From: Clostridiales bacterium
Lineage (GTDB): Bacteria; Bacteroidota; Bacteroidia; Bacteroidales; Paludibacteraceae
Reading direction: 5' to 3'
Length of the DNA stretch: 64,000 bases
Assembly (NCBI GenBank): GCA_963626555.1
Contig: CAVFXQ010000004.1
Span: 30,780 to 94,779, forward strand
This document shows, in pieces, positions 47,385-57,053 of this stretch (positions within the stretch are counted from its first letter, which is position 1; each line of letters begins with the position of its first letter). The notes below the pieces were generated by a model that was not told the origin of the DNA, searched no databases, and saw nothing but the letters and a program-made list of their open reading frames with translations. A program made the translations under genes and the position numbers.

Positions 47385-47915
47385 ATGGCAGAAAAGAAAG
47401 AAAACATGGTATCATTCGCGATGCGTGCGGGGCTTATTCTTGGTGTCGCATCGTCCATATTCAACATTGCAAGTTGGGTTGTTCCAGTTTTATTTATGCA
47501 AACCGTTTTCTCGCTACTGACGTTCTTCTCTTTTTTCTTTTGCATCATTCATTTCACGAAACTGTATGACCAGCAGATTTTAAATAGCGAGATAACCTAC
47601 TTCAAAGCTTTGTTTTTCGGTTGGTACACAGTATTTTTCGGTGCAATGGTTTTTGCAGTAGCTATATACTTCTTCTTCAAAGCTTGTCCAGATGTTTTCC
47701 AAAGACTTATAGCGGAAGTAATTGATTTTTTCAAAGTAGCAGGAGAAAGTTCAAAAGAGAATGGAGAGCAAGCCCGACTGATAATCCGTCAAGTAGAAGC
47801 CATCCAACCCAAAGACTTGGTATTTTCCGTCCTTTGGGGATATTCATGCATGGGATTTGTTGCGGTAGTATTTACGTCCATTTTCTTCCGAAAGAAGAAG
47901 TCCCTGAATAGTTAA
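47385..47915 (+). CDS. DUF4199-like polytopic membrane protein
   Basis: About 4 TM helices. Occupies the conserved Bacteroidota position upstream of a GT2 glycosyltransferase. First ATG is at 47385. Confidence 0.55.
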   Translation: MAEKKENMVSFAMRAGLILGVASSIFNIASWVVPVLFMQTVFSLLTFFSFFFCIIHFTKLYDQQILNSEITYFKALFFGWYTVFFGAMVFAVAIYFFFKACPDVFQRLIAEVIDFFKVAGESSKENGEQARLIIRQVEAIQPKDLVFSVLWGYSCMGFVAVVFTSIFFRKKKSLNS

Positions 47916-47943
47916 TTGATTAGGAAAAACCATTAAATAGATT

Positions 47944-48903
47944 ATGGATATAACAATAATCGTTCCATTATACAATGAAGAAGAGTCTCTTCCCGAACTC
48001 TACGCATGGATTAAAAGAGTCATGACGGACCACAATTTCTCATACGAAGTGATTTTCGTCAACGATGGAAGCACTGACAAATCGTGGAATGTCATTGAAG
48101 ATTTAGGTGCGAATAACGCTGAGGTCAAGGGAATAAAATTTCGGAGAAACTACGGAAAGTCCGCCGCACTCTATTGTGGATTTGAAAGAGCGCAAGGCGA
48201 TGTCGTCATCACAATGGATGCAGACCTCCAAGACTCTCCAGACGAGATTCCAGAATTGTACAAAATGATTAAAGAGGACGGTTACGACTTAGTTTCAGGA
48301 TGGAAGAAAAAGAGATACGACTCAAAGCTGATGAAAAATCTGCCATCTAAATTGTTCAATGCCACTACTCGTCTGATTTCTGGCATTAAACTGCACGATT
48401 TCAACTGCGGACTGAAAGCCTATAGGAAAGAAGTGATTAAGAGCATTGAGGTGTATGGCGAGATGCATAGGTATATACCTTATCTATCCAAGAACGCAGG
48501 ATTCGACAAAATCGGAGAAAAAGTTGTTATCCACCAGGCCCGTAAATATGGCGAATCAAAATTCGGATTAAACCGCTTCGTAAACGGCTATTTGGATTTG
48601 ATGACTCTTTGGTTTCTTTCCACATTCGGCAAAAAACCAATGCATTTCTTCGGTGTTGTAGGTTCGATAATGTTCTTGATTGGATTCATTGCAATCTGCA
48701 TCGTGGGATGGCACAAATTGTCGTGCATTCTCAATGGGACTCCAGCACCTTTAGTCACCGACAGTCCTTATTTCTACATTTCCCTCACTATGATGTTGTT
48801 AGGCACGCAACTGTTTTTGTCTGGATTTCTCGGAGAAATGGTCGCCAGAAATTCATCAGACAGAAACAATTATATTTTAGAGAAGACCCTTCATTTAGAC
48901 TAA
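47944..48903 (+). CDS. Family 2 glycosyltransferase (polyprenol-phosphate sugar transferase type)
   Basis: IIVPLYNEEESL, VNDGSTD and MDADLQD (DxD) motifs, plus two C-terminal TM helices. Confidence 0.85.
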   Translation: MDITIIVPLYNEEESLPELYAWIKRVMTDHNFSYEVIFVNDGSTDKSWNVIEDLGANNAEVKGIKFRRNYGKSAALYCGFERAQGDVVITMDADLQDSPDEIPELYKMIKEDGYDLVSGWKKKRYDSKLMKNLPSKLFNATTRLISGIKLHDFNCGLKAYRKEVIKSIEVYGEMHRYIPYLSKNAGFDKIGEKVVIHQARKYGESKFGLNRFVNGYLDLMTLWFLSTFGKKPMHFFGVVGSIMFLIGFIAICIVGWHKLSCILNGTPAPLVTDSPYFYISLTMMLLGTQLFLSGFLGEMVARNSSDRNNYILEKTLHLD

Positions 48904-48983
48904 AATTTAATCTGACAACAAGACTTTCATACTATTGAATACCAACAATTTGTTCATAAACTCATAAAAATAATAAAGCGAAT

Positions 48984-49508
48984 ATGGGTACATTCCTTTT
49001 AGAACTTGCAAAACTGACGATTCCTGGGCTTTTAGTTTTGATTGCCACATACTATATTCTCAACAATATTCTCAAGAATGAGGAACGCAACCGCCGTTAT
49101 GCTTTACGAAGAGAGACAGCTAAGACGTTAAATCCTATTCGTCTCACAGCCTACGAGCGATTGGCTCTTTTTTTAGAGCGTATCGAACCTTCATCGCTGA
49201 TACTTCGCGTAAATCAGGGAGGAATGACAGCCAAAGACCTTCATATATCATTACTGACCAGCATCAGGGAGGAGTTCGACCACAATGTAACGCAGCAAAT
49301 CTATGTCAGCAACGACGTTTGGTCGGTTACCAAGAATGCGAAAGAGAGTATTGTCCAATTGGTGAACACCTGCGCAGACAATGTACCAGACGAGTTGCCT
49401 TCTGTTGAATTAGCGAAAATTATCATTGAACGCTATGGAGCGATAGAACAAACCCCCGTTGATGTGGCTCTCACCATCCTCAAAAATGAGGTAAAAGCAT
49501 TCTATTAA
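48984..49508 (+). CDS. Conserved hypothetical membrane-anchored protein
   Basis: 174 aa with a single N-terminal TM helix. No catalytic motifs recognised. Confidence 0.5.
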   Translation: MGTFLLELAKLTIPGLLVLIATYYILNNILKNEERNRRYALRRETAKTLNPIRLTAYERLALFLERIEPSSLILRVNQGGMTAKDLHISLLTSIREEFDHNVTQQIYVSNDVWSVTKNAKESIVQLVNTCADNVPDELPSVELAKIIIERYGAIEQTPVDVALTILKNEVKAFY

Positions 49509-49541
49509 CATTCATCCAGAAACAAAAAGAACGGAGACGAT

Positions 49542-50060
49542 ATGAATCTATTAGAATTGGTTGAAAAACGTTTTTCTGCACGTTCTTTCATGGACAAAGA
49601 AGTAGAACAGAAGAAATTAGACTATATATTAGAGGTGGCAAGATTAGCTCCCTCCGCCTGCAACATTCAGCCGTGGGCTTTTTTAGTGATTAAGAGCAAG
49701 GAGGCTTGTGAAGACCTTCGCAGTTGTTATGATCGAGAATGGTTTAAGACAGCACCTATGTATATCGTGGTGTGTGGCAATCACCAAACCTCATGGAAAA
49801 GAAAATATGATGAGAAAGACCATTGCGACATCGACGTTGCCATAGCTGCAGAGCATATTGCTTTAGCAGTCGAAGAAGAAGGATTAGGCGCATGCTGGGT
49901 GTGCAATTTTGACCCTGAGCGATGCAAAAAAGTATTAAAGCTGCCCCAAGGCATTGAGCCAATTGTCATTCTTCCGATAGGTTATGTCGCACCCGATTTC
50001 AAGATGACGGAGACGGAGAAGAAGAGAAAATCAAAGGAAGAAGTGGTTTTATACCTATAA
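49542..50060 (+). CDS. Nitroreductase-family protein
   Basis: RFSARSF, APSACNIQPW and a 172 aa FMN-nitroreductase fold pattern. Confidence 0.8.
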   Translation: MNLLELVEKRFSARSFMDKEVEQKKLDYILEVARLAPSACNIQPWAFLVIKSKEACEDLRSCYDREWFKTAPMYIVVCGNHQTSWKRKYDEKDHCDIDVAIAAEHIALAVEEEGLGACWVCNFDPERCKKVLKLPQGIEPIVILPIGYVAPDFKMTETEKKRKSKEEVVLYL

Positions 50061-50081
50061 ACGAGAATATCGCATAGCATA

Positions 50082-50828
50082 GTGAGCAAAAGAAATTCAA
50101 CATACAAAACAAAAAAAATTGACATTTTCAAGCCTATAGGAGTAGTGGTTGCTTACATCATTGCGGCAATGACGTTTTCATCTTGTGTGAATAACCATTG
50201 CAATGAGGATATGTACACACCACTCAACCTTGCCTTTTTCTCAGAAATAGACACTGCACAACAAGTGGCTCCGCTATTTTTGACATTTCAAGGCATTGGA
50301 GTCGACTCGGTCCTCTATGCGAGCGGAACAACAAACATCAATCTTCCACTCAATAGTGAATCCAACGAAGTGAACTACGAAGTGTTGATGACCTTTTCTG
50401 CTTCAACACAAACCGTGCTTGTAGCGGACAGCACCCAACCATTTTTCTCAGTCAAAAGACAAAACTCGTATGGTATGACGCTAACCGACAGCATCCCAAC
50501 CTGCTATTATTCATTGGACGGCACAAAGTATTATCGATTGCTGACAGGTAGCGACTATCTTTTCTACTTTGAAGAAGGAAATCCATTAGTGCTTTTAACG
50601 AAAGATGCCCCATACGTTTACTTTCAGAATCCCACAAAGGACACTTTAAATATCAAATACAACAAATCGTTGGAGTTTGTCTCCGCAGAGTGTGGTTGCA
50701 AAAACACATACGAAATCACGCAAGCCACGTTTAAACGAGGAGGTGTAGCGAGCATACAAATAAACAATCCAAACGTCAATAGCGAAAGCAATGCGAAACA
50801 CATCAACTTATATTTGGAGAACTATTAG
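50082..50828 (+). CDS. Hypothetical lipoprotein
   Basis: GTG start. Basic n-region, hydrophobic core and FSSC lipobox. Overlaps the next gene by 38 nt. Confidence 0.5.
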   Translation: MSKRNSTYKTKKIDIFKPIGVVVAYIIAAMTFSSCVNNHCNEDMYTPLNLAFFSEIDTAQQVAPLFLTFQGIGVDSVLYASGTTNINLPLNSESNEVNYEVLMTFSASTQTVLVADSTQPFFSVKRQNSYGMTLTDSIPTCYYSLDGTKYYRLLTGSDYLFYFEEGNPLVLLTKDAPYVYFQNPTKDTLNIKYNKSLEFVSAECGCKNTYEITQATFKRGGVASIQINNPNVNSESNAKHINLYLENY

Positions 50829-51555
50829 CTTATTGCTATTTCTCTCTTGTGTTTCGTTTTCAGAGGCGAAACAGAGGCAGAAAGGCAAACCTGAAGCCAC
50901 ACTATACGGTATGACTGTAGGGATTGATTTGCTGAACCCACTTCTGCACGCTTTCAACCACGACCGTTTTGGAGTAAGCGCAGACCTCCAGTTTGACCTA
51001 TGGCACTACCTCTACCCTACCGTTGTAGTTGGATATGACAGGTATGACGCATCGGATGAATATGCCTATCCGATAAAAGCAGAAAACAACACCTATAATG
51101 TAAACGGAATGTATTTCAAAATAGGGGCCTTGTACAATATTTGGAGAAAAGACTTTAAGAAACCGCTGAATCCAATCGGATATTTAGGCTTCAATTTTGG
51201 ATGTTCGCCAAATTACAAGTATGAAATTACCAATTATCCGCTGTCTAATTACTACTGGAATTCAAATGATAAAAAGGTTTTCAGCAATAGCGGTAACACC
51301 TCCTCCGTTTGGGGAGAGTTTATATTTGGTGTGAAAGCTCCTGTCGTCAGAGGTTTATGCTTAGAGTTTCAAGCAATGTACAAATTCGCCCTGCACATCA
51401 AAGATCAAAGAGCTGGAGACAACATCGTACACCAGTCCTACTCACCTGGATTTGGAGACAAAGACTCAGGCAAGTGGGGATTCCGTTACACGATCAGCTA
51501 TTTCATTCCGATGGTGAAGAAGAAAGTTGACCCATACGACTTAGACAATAGATAG
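50791..51555 (+). CDS. Hypothetical outer-membrane beta-barrel-like protein
   Basis: Signal peptide (LLLFLSCVSFSEA) and an aromatic/Gly-rich alternating pattern. Confidence 0.5.
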   Translation: MRNTSTYIWRTISLLLFLSCVSFSEAKQRQKGKPEATLYGMTVGIDLLNPLLHAFNHDRFGVSADLQFDLWHYLYPTVVVGYDRYDASDEYAYPIKAENNTYNVNGMYFKIGALYNIWRKDFKKPLNPIGYLGFNFGCSPNYKYEITNYPLSNYYWNSNDKKVFSNSGNTSSVWGEFIFGVKAPVVRGLCLEFQAMYKFALHIKDQRAGDNIVHQSYSPGFGDKDSGKWGFRYTISYFIPMVKKKVDPYDLDNR

Positions 51556-51609
51556 TCTGATACAAATAAAGAAAGTAAATAAAATACATATCATAAAATA
51601 ACTAAAGTG

Positions 51610-53655
51610 ATGGTTGATTGTAATACCCTTAATCAGGCTGCGAATAACATCAGAATTTTAACCGCAGCTATGGTTGAAAAAGCAAAATCCGGACATCCAG
51701 GAGGCGCGATGGGAGGAGCAGACTTTATCAATGTACTCTACTCACAGTTCCTTACTTACGATCCTTCAGACCCCAACTGGATCAACAGAGACCGATTTTT
51801 CTTAGATCCTGGACACATGTCGCCTATGCTCTACTCAGTATTGTTATTGAGTGGCAAGTTGAATATGGACGACATCAAGTCATTCCGTCAATGGGGAAGT
51901 CGCACGCCAGGACACCCAGAAGTGAATTTTGAATTAGGTATTGAAAACACCTCTGGTCCATTAGGTCAAGGACATGCTATGGCAGTAGGAGCCGCTATTG
52001 CAGAGCGATTCTTATCGGCACGCTTTGGCGAATGGATGAGTCACAAAATCTATTCATTCGTATCGGACGGTAGTATCCAAGAGGAGATTTCACAAGGTGT
52101 GGGCCGTATTGCAGGTCACTTAGGATTACACAACCTCATTATGTTCTATGATGCCAACAACATCCAACTTTCCACTAAGGTGGACGAGGTTGACTCTGAG
52201 GACATCGCTTTAAAATACAAGGCTTGGAACTGGAACGTCATCTCTATCAATGGCAATGATCCACAAGAAATCTGCAACGCCTTGAAGGCTGCCAACGAAG
52301 AAAAAGAACGTCCTACAATGATTATCGGAAAAACGACAATGGGCATTGGAAGTTTGGCAGAAGACGGTTCTTCAATGGAATCAAAGGTGTCAACACACGG
52401 ACAACCATTGTCTAAAGCTGGAGTTTGCATTCCAAAGACGATTAAGAACTTGGGGGGAAACCCTGACGATCCATTCGTCGTATTCCCAGAAGTTCAGAAA
52501 TTATACGATAACAGGGGAAAAGAACTTTCAGAGATTGTTGCAAAGAAGAAAAAAGAGCAAGCAGAGTGGGCTGCAAAGAACCCAGAATTGGCTAAGAAAT
52601 TAGAGAAATTCTTCAGTGGCAAAGCACCTGAGATTGACTACGCTGCCATTGAGCAGAAAGCCAACCAAGCGACTCGTGTCGGTTCTGCCACTGTTCTCAG
52701 CGTACTTGCAGAGCAGGTTGAGAACATGATTGTTGCCTCAGCCGATCTTTCCAATTCTGACAAGACAGACGGTTTCTTGAAGAAGACCCATCCAATAGTG
52801 AAAGGGGACTTCACCGGAGCATTCTTGAACGCAGGAGTATCAGAGTTGACGATGGCATGCATTATGAATGGTATCGTCCTCCATGGAGGTGTTTTCGCAG
52901 CCTGTGGTACATTCTTCGCATTTTCAGACTATATGAAGCCAGCCTATAGAATGTCAGCACTTATGCGTGTGCCTGTCATCTATGTATGGTCGCACGATGC
53001 CTTCCGTGTAGGTGAAGACGGACCGACCCACCAGCCCATCGAACAAGAGGCACAAGTACGCTTGCTTGAGCATGTGAAGAATCACAAGGGCAAGAACAGT
53101 ATGCTTGTACTCCGTCCTGCAGATGTTCACGAGACGACTGTGGCTTGGAAGATGGCAATGGAGAACAGAGATACTCCGACAGGATTGATTCTTTCTCGCC
53201 AAAATGTCAACAACCTGCCAGTAGAAGAGGGAAAGACAGCCTACCAACAAGCATTAGGCGCAGAAAAGGGAGCCTATGTAGTGAAAGATTGCAAGGGCAA
53301 ACCAGACATTATCTTGTTAGCAAATGGGTCCGAGGTTTCAACATTGTTCGAGGGAGCAAAACTTTTGGAGGAGAAAGAAAATTTAAACATCCGTATCGTG
53401 TCCGCTCCATCAGAAGGATTGTTCAGAGCACAAAGCAAAGAGTATCAAGACTCTGTGTTGATTCCAAACACCCCTATCTACGGAATGACCGCGGGTATGA
53501 GTATGACTATCCGAGACTTAGTTGGATTGGCAGGTTATGTACACGGACTCGACCACTTCGGTTACTCTGCTCCATACACAGTGTTGGATGAGAAGTTTGG
53601 CTATAATGGAGAAACTGTATACAATGAGGTTTGCGAATACTTGAAATTGAAATAA
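51610..53655 (+). CDS. tkt: Transketolase
   Basis: HPGGAMGGADF, RDRFFLDPGH, SDGSIQEEISQG (TPP motif) and EDGPTHQPIEQ. Confidence 0.92.
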   Translation: MVDCNTLNQAANNIRILTAAMVEKAKSGHPGGAMGGADFINVLYSQFLTYDPSDPNWINRDRFFLDPGHMSPMLYSVLLLSGKLNMDDIKSFRQWGSRTPGHPEVNFELGIENTSGPLGQGHAMAVGAAIAERFLSARFGEWMSHKIYSFVSDGSIQEEISQGVGRIAGHLGLHNLIMFYDANNIQLSTKVDEVDSEDIALKYKAWNWNVISINGNDPQEICNALKAANEEKERPTMIIGKTTMGIGSLAEDGSSMESKVSTHGQPLSKAGVCIPKTIKNLGGNPDDPFVVFPEVQKLYDNRGKELSEIVAKKKKEQAEWAAKNPELAKKLEKFFSGKAPEIDYAAIEQKANQATRVGSATVLSVLAEQVENMIVASADLSNSDKTDGFLKKTHPIVKGDFTGAFLNAGVSELTMACIMNGIVLHGGVFAACGTFFAFSDYMKPAYRMSALMRVPVIYVWSHDAFRVGEDGPTHQPIEQEAQVRLLEHVKNHKGKNSMLVLRPADVHETTVAWKMAMENRDTPTGLILSRQNVNNLPVEEGKTAYQQALGAEKGAYVVKDCKGKPDIILLANGSEVSTLFEGAKLLEEKENLNIRIVSAPSEGLFRAQSKEYQDSVLIPNTPIYGMTAGMSMTIRDLVGLAGYVHGLDHFGYSAPYTVLDEKFGYNGETVYNEVCEYLKLK

Positions 53656-53671
53656 ATCAAGATTATACAAC

Positions 53672-53708
53672 AAAAAAGCGTGAGGAACAAAGTTCTTCAC
53701 GCTTTTTT
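53672..53708. terminator. Bidirectional rho-independent terminator
   Basis: A-run, then AGCGTGAGGAAC-AAA-GTTCTTCACGCT, then T6, between convergent tkt and the DUF3791 gene. Confidence 0.65.
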
Positions 53709-53724
53709 ATATTGTTGGCAACCA

Positions 53725-53946
53725 CTACGAAAGTCCTAACTCTTCCTTTAAATAAGCATATTGATAAGCAGGACTTTGAATATACAATCCGGTCTTTTCA
53801 TTCAGCAAACTTTCATACAATTGAGAGTTGTAAACCTTTCCAAAGGCGTCAATCATACTCATTCCATAGTCCTCCATCAAATATGAAACGAGTTCTTCTA
53901 TATCGTTATTGATAATAAACTTAAACTGAGTTCTCGTTATTCTCAT
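53725..53946 (-). CDS. DUF3791-like small protein (third gene of cassette)
   Basis: 73 aa helical protein. Starts 1 nt after the stop of the DUF3990-like gene. Confidence 0.6.
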   Translation of the reverse strand: MRITRTQFKFIINNDIEELVSYLMEDYGMSMIDAFGKVYNSQLYESLLNEKTGLYIQSPAYQYAYLKEELGLS

Positions 53947-53947
53947 A

Positions 53948-54424
53948 TTACTCTATTCTTCTTAGATATTTAACAGACTTTTCTGTTCTAAAACAGAATT
54001 GACTATCTAAGTCGTGATAAGTTAGTCCTTTCACCAATTGACTAATATCAATCAAGTGACGCTCATAAAGGTTTAACTGAAGAACGACTCCATCATCTGC
54101 AATAGGACCAATTACAACATCATAATCATACAAATTGGGTTGTTTATTTCTTCTATTCATTAAAACGAATTCTGTCCATTCCGTGGAAACGGTTTCAAAT
54201 ACTTTCACTTTCAGCTCACCCGATTTCAATACCGAATCATCTATCTCATATTCTTGGACAATAGGAGAACCCTTCTTACTAAAATCGCACCGTCGCACCG
54301 CCATTTGAGAAGCTTGATTTTTTATATCTGTTAGATAAAATCCACGACCAAAATCTTTGTTGGGCTTACAAAGAGAAAGGACAATCTTCTCAAAATCTAT
54401 ATTTGTACCATGATATAGTATCAT
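53948..54424 (-). CDS. DUF3990-like protein with ADP-ribosyltransferase-like H and Y motifs
   Basis: Start set at MILYHGT. Its ATG overlaps the upstream stop as TAATG. Motifs are YHGT (res 4-7) and DFGRGFYLT (res 24-32). Confidence 0.6.
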   Translation of the reverse strand: MILYHGTNIDFEKIVLSLCKPNKDFGRGFYLTDIKNQASQMAVRRCDFSKKGSPIVQEYEIDDSVLKSGELKVKVFETVSTEWTEFVLMNRRNKQPNLYDYDVVIGPIADDGVVLQLNLYERHLIDISQLVKGLTYHDLDSQFCFRTEKSVKYLRRIE

Positions 54425-54633
54425 TATATTGTTCCTCCATTTTTTTTGCAATAAAGTCGCATATCCTTTATTGTATCTGCCAAAGGGAGAAGGTGTTCAG
54501 CCTCATAATGTTCGTCAATGAATTTCAAGGCATTATATTGACGAAGATAGTTATAAGCAATCCTAGGCGACATTCGATATCGCCTTCCAAACTCCACTAT
54601 ACAAAGGTTTAGATACCTGATTTTCTCCATCAT
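54424..54633 (-). CDS. DUF3791-like small protein (first gene of cassette)
   Basis: 69 aa. Its start overlaps the upstream gene's stop by 4 nt (ATGA-type coupling). Confidence 0.6.
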   Translation of the reverse strand: MMEKIRYLNLCIVEFGRRYRMSPRIAYNYLRQYNALKFIDEHYEAEHLLPLADTIKDMRLYCKKNGGTI

Positions 54634-55031
54634 TCTACCTCTTTTTCAGTAAAGATTACCACATTATCTTTGTCCGTCATATCAATGACACAATGGTTGT
54701 TCTCTTCTCGGATCACTGCAAGATTCACAGCCTTTCCATTACGAGGAGAGACACCGATCAAGGCCGACGCTTGTTCCTCATTGTCAGAGACAGTCAACGC
54801 ATCGGCAACTCGTACTCCATTAATCTCCGCTCTGTCTTTATAGAATGTCAGAACCAAAGTATCATTTACAAAACTATGCGTGTAGAGATACGCCCACAAA
54901 TCCGCATTGAGAGAATCAGATACCGCTATCGCCTCCTTATTCTCTTTATCATCATTGTTATTACACATCATCCAGATTAGGAGACCTAATAAAATCAGGA
55001 AAAATATCAAAAATGGGACTGAACGTTTCAT
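54630..55031 (-). CDS. Hypothetical membrane-anchored/secreted protein
   Basis: 133 aa with an N-terminal hydrophobic helix (VPFLIFFLILLGLLIWMM). Heads the four-gene, overlap-coupled unit. Confidence 0.5.
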   Translation of the reverse strand: MKRSVPFLIFFLILLGLLIWMMCNNNDDKENKEAIAVSDSLNADLWAYLYTHSFVNDTLVLTFYKDRAEINGVRVADALTVSDNEEQASALIGVSPRNGKAVNLAVIREENNHCVIDMTDKDNVVIFTEKEVE

Positions 55032-55119
55032 TGTAATTTATTTTTTGTTAATCATCCTTTTACAAAGATAAAAGTATGATACCAAAGTGACGAAAAACCA
55101 TTTCAAGAAAATTAGTTTC

Positions 55120-56325
55120 CTATTCAATTTCAGCGTACGCTATTGTTGTCGCCCCTTTGTGGAAACTTCCCAAAGCAACAATACCTTTGTAGACTCTTCC
55201 TTTTCTAATTGTTAAAGGATTTTCCACAACAGATAATGCAATCTTATCAAATAACTCATTTTCATTATGGAATGTTTTCACATAAAACATTCCTTTTTTT
55301 CCTATTTCAACATATCTATCATAAAAGCAACGAGTCAGCACCCCCATATTCATACGCAAATTGAGTTCAACGCATGGATGAACCAAAACAGCTTCAGATC
55401 CATCTACTTTGCCATTCACTAACATCATATCCACTCCAAAATAACCTTCATAAAACGGAGAAAGAGAAGTTGAAAAAAATTCAGAAAGAGTCTCTTTAAG
55501 TTTTAATATAACATCTACTGCATTTTTTAAACCTTTCTTCTCTAACTTCCTTTCAAAATCAGACTCTGGATACAGAAGATTCCCTTTGTACTTTCCATTT
55601 TCTGTCTCAAAAATAGAGCTTCCGAAATATTCAACAATTCCATTATGACTTTTAAATTCCAATGCAAAGTCCAATATTTTATCATACCATTTTTCAATCA
55701 TCACGAACCCTTGTTGCTCTATAACATTTTTCGCCCATTTCAAATCATTGTCTTTGAATGTATCCTTTTCAATTCTCAGAATACCTTTACCACTGCTTGA
55801 CCATGGCATTTTAAGTATGATAGTCTCTTCCCATTTTTCTCTAACTTTTAAAATCTCATCTACACTCTTCGCCACAATCGGATTTTTAAAATTATCAGGG
55901 AAAGTAAAGCTTTTTGATTGCAAATATTCCAAAATTTTTATGGTAAAATCACGCCCCGACAATTCTCGAATTTTATCACAATCGACCGACCATTGTCCCC
56001 TACCCATCGTCTGCCACCATTTTTTTAAAGTATGGTTGTAGCCCCACGGAACTAAAACATCATCAGCCTTTGACACCTTCTTATAATCAGATAACCGCAT
56101 CATTCGGACAGAAACCATACCTCCAAATTTCTTTGTTAGAATGGCTTCTATCAAATCAATATTGAAATCATCTGGCACTAATATACAATCTCCATCCTCT
56201 GCATACCATACTGGAAGTATAGCCAAGTCTGATTTGAATTGTAAAATAGACTTCGGTTCATTATATTGTTTGTTTCCAATGGCCAATGCCATGTCCGTTT
56301 CGGGATTGAAATATAGGTAACGCAT
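55120..56325 (-). CDS. Hypothetical protein, possible ATP-grasp fold
   Basis: 401 aa. KMPWSSSGKGILRI resembles the ATP-grasp phosphate-binding loop. Weak assignment. Confidence 0.35.
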   Translation of the reverse strand: MRYLYFNPETDMALAIGNKQYNEPKSILQFKSDLAILPVWYAEDGDCILVPDDFNIDLIEAILTKKFGGMVSVRMMRLSDYKKVSKADDVLVPWGYNHTLKKWWQTMGRGQWSVDCDKIRELSGRDFTIKILEYLQSKSFTFPDNFKNPIVAKSVDEILKVREKWEETIILKMPWSSSGKGILRIEKDTFKDNDLKWAKNVIEQQGFVMIEKWYDKILDFALEFKSHNGIVEYFGSSIFETENGKYKGNLLYPESDFERKLEKKGLKNAVDVILKLKETLSEFFSTSLSPFYEGYFGVDMMLVNGKVDGSEAVLVHPCVELNLRMNMGVLTRCFYDRYVEIGKKGMFYVKTFHNENELFDKIALSVVENPLTIRKGRVYKGIVALGSFHKGATTIAYAEIE

Positions 56326-56337
56326 ATATGTATTTTT

Positions 56338-56979
56338 TTACACTTCTTTCTGTGGGTTTTTACAAAACGACAAAATGCCACACTGCTCACACATTGGATT
56401 CCTCGCTGTGCAGACATACCTTCCATGAAGAAGCAACCAATGATGTGCCTTTGACAATATTTCCAAAGGAATGTATTTTCGAAGTTTTTTTTCCACATCA
56501 AAAGGTGTTTTATCTGTTGGAGTACAAAGTCCGACACGGTGAGACACTCTGAAAACATGAGTATCCACTGGCATAGCAGGTTGATTAAATACCGTTGCAC
56601 ACACCACATTGGCTGTTTTTCTTCCTACGCCTGGCAAGGTCTGTAGAAGTTCAAAATCATCTGGTACTATTCCATTAAAATCTTTCGTAAGTTTCTGCGC
56701 CATCGCCAACAAATGCTCCGCTTTTGCATTAGGATAAGAAACAGTTTGTATGAAAGAAAGCAATTCTTCGACACTACTCTGCGACATAATTTCTGGAGTT
56801 GGGAATCGCTCAAAGAGAGCTGGCGTCACCTGGTTGATGCGCTTGTCCGTACATTGAGCGGAGAGCATAACAGCGATCAAAGCCTCAAAGGGAGTGTTGA
56901 AATTAAGTTCACTTTTAGGGTTCGGCATACTATATTCGAACCAATCTATGATGCCCTTGTATCGTTCCGTTATTTTCAT
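56338..56979 (-). CDS. nth: Endonuclease III (DNA glycosylase/AP lyase)
   Basis: HhH-GPD motif LPGVGRKTANVV, catalytic VDTHVFRV region and a C-terminal 4Fe-4S ligand pattern C-x6-C-x2-C-x5-C. Confidence 0.9.
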   Translation of the reverse strand: MKITERYKGIIDWFEYSMPNPKSELNFNTPFEALIAVMLSAQCTDKRINQVTPALFERFPTPEIMSQSSVEELLSFIQTVSYPNAKAEHLLAMAQKLTKDFNGIVPDDFELLQTLPGVGRKTANVVCATVFNQPAMPVDTHVFRVSHRVGLCTPTDKTPFDVEKKLRKYIPLEILSKAHHWLLLHGRYVCTARNPMCEQCGILSFCKNPQKEV

Positions 56980-57053
56980 AGAAGGTCGGTTTTTTGAATA
57001 AACCAAAGCGAGCGAACTAAGGGTAGTCCGCTCGTCATAGTAAATATAGTCAA

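Noticed and set aside
56178-56609. 143-aa minus-strand ORF bridging nth and the upstream gene
   Set aside because: It overlaps two better-supported genes in other frames. nth motifs (HhH, Fe-S cluster) are in the 56338-56979 frame.
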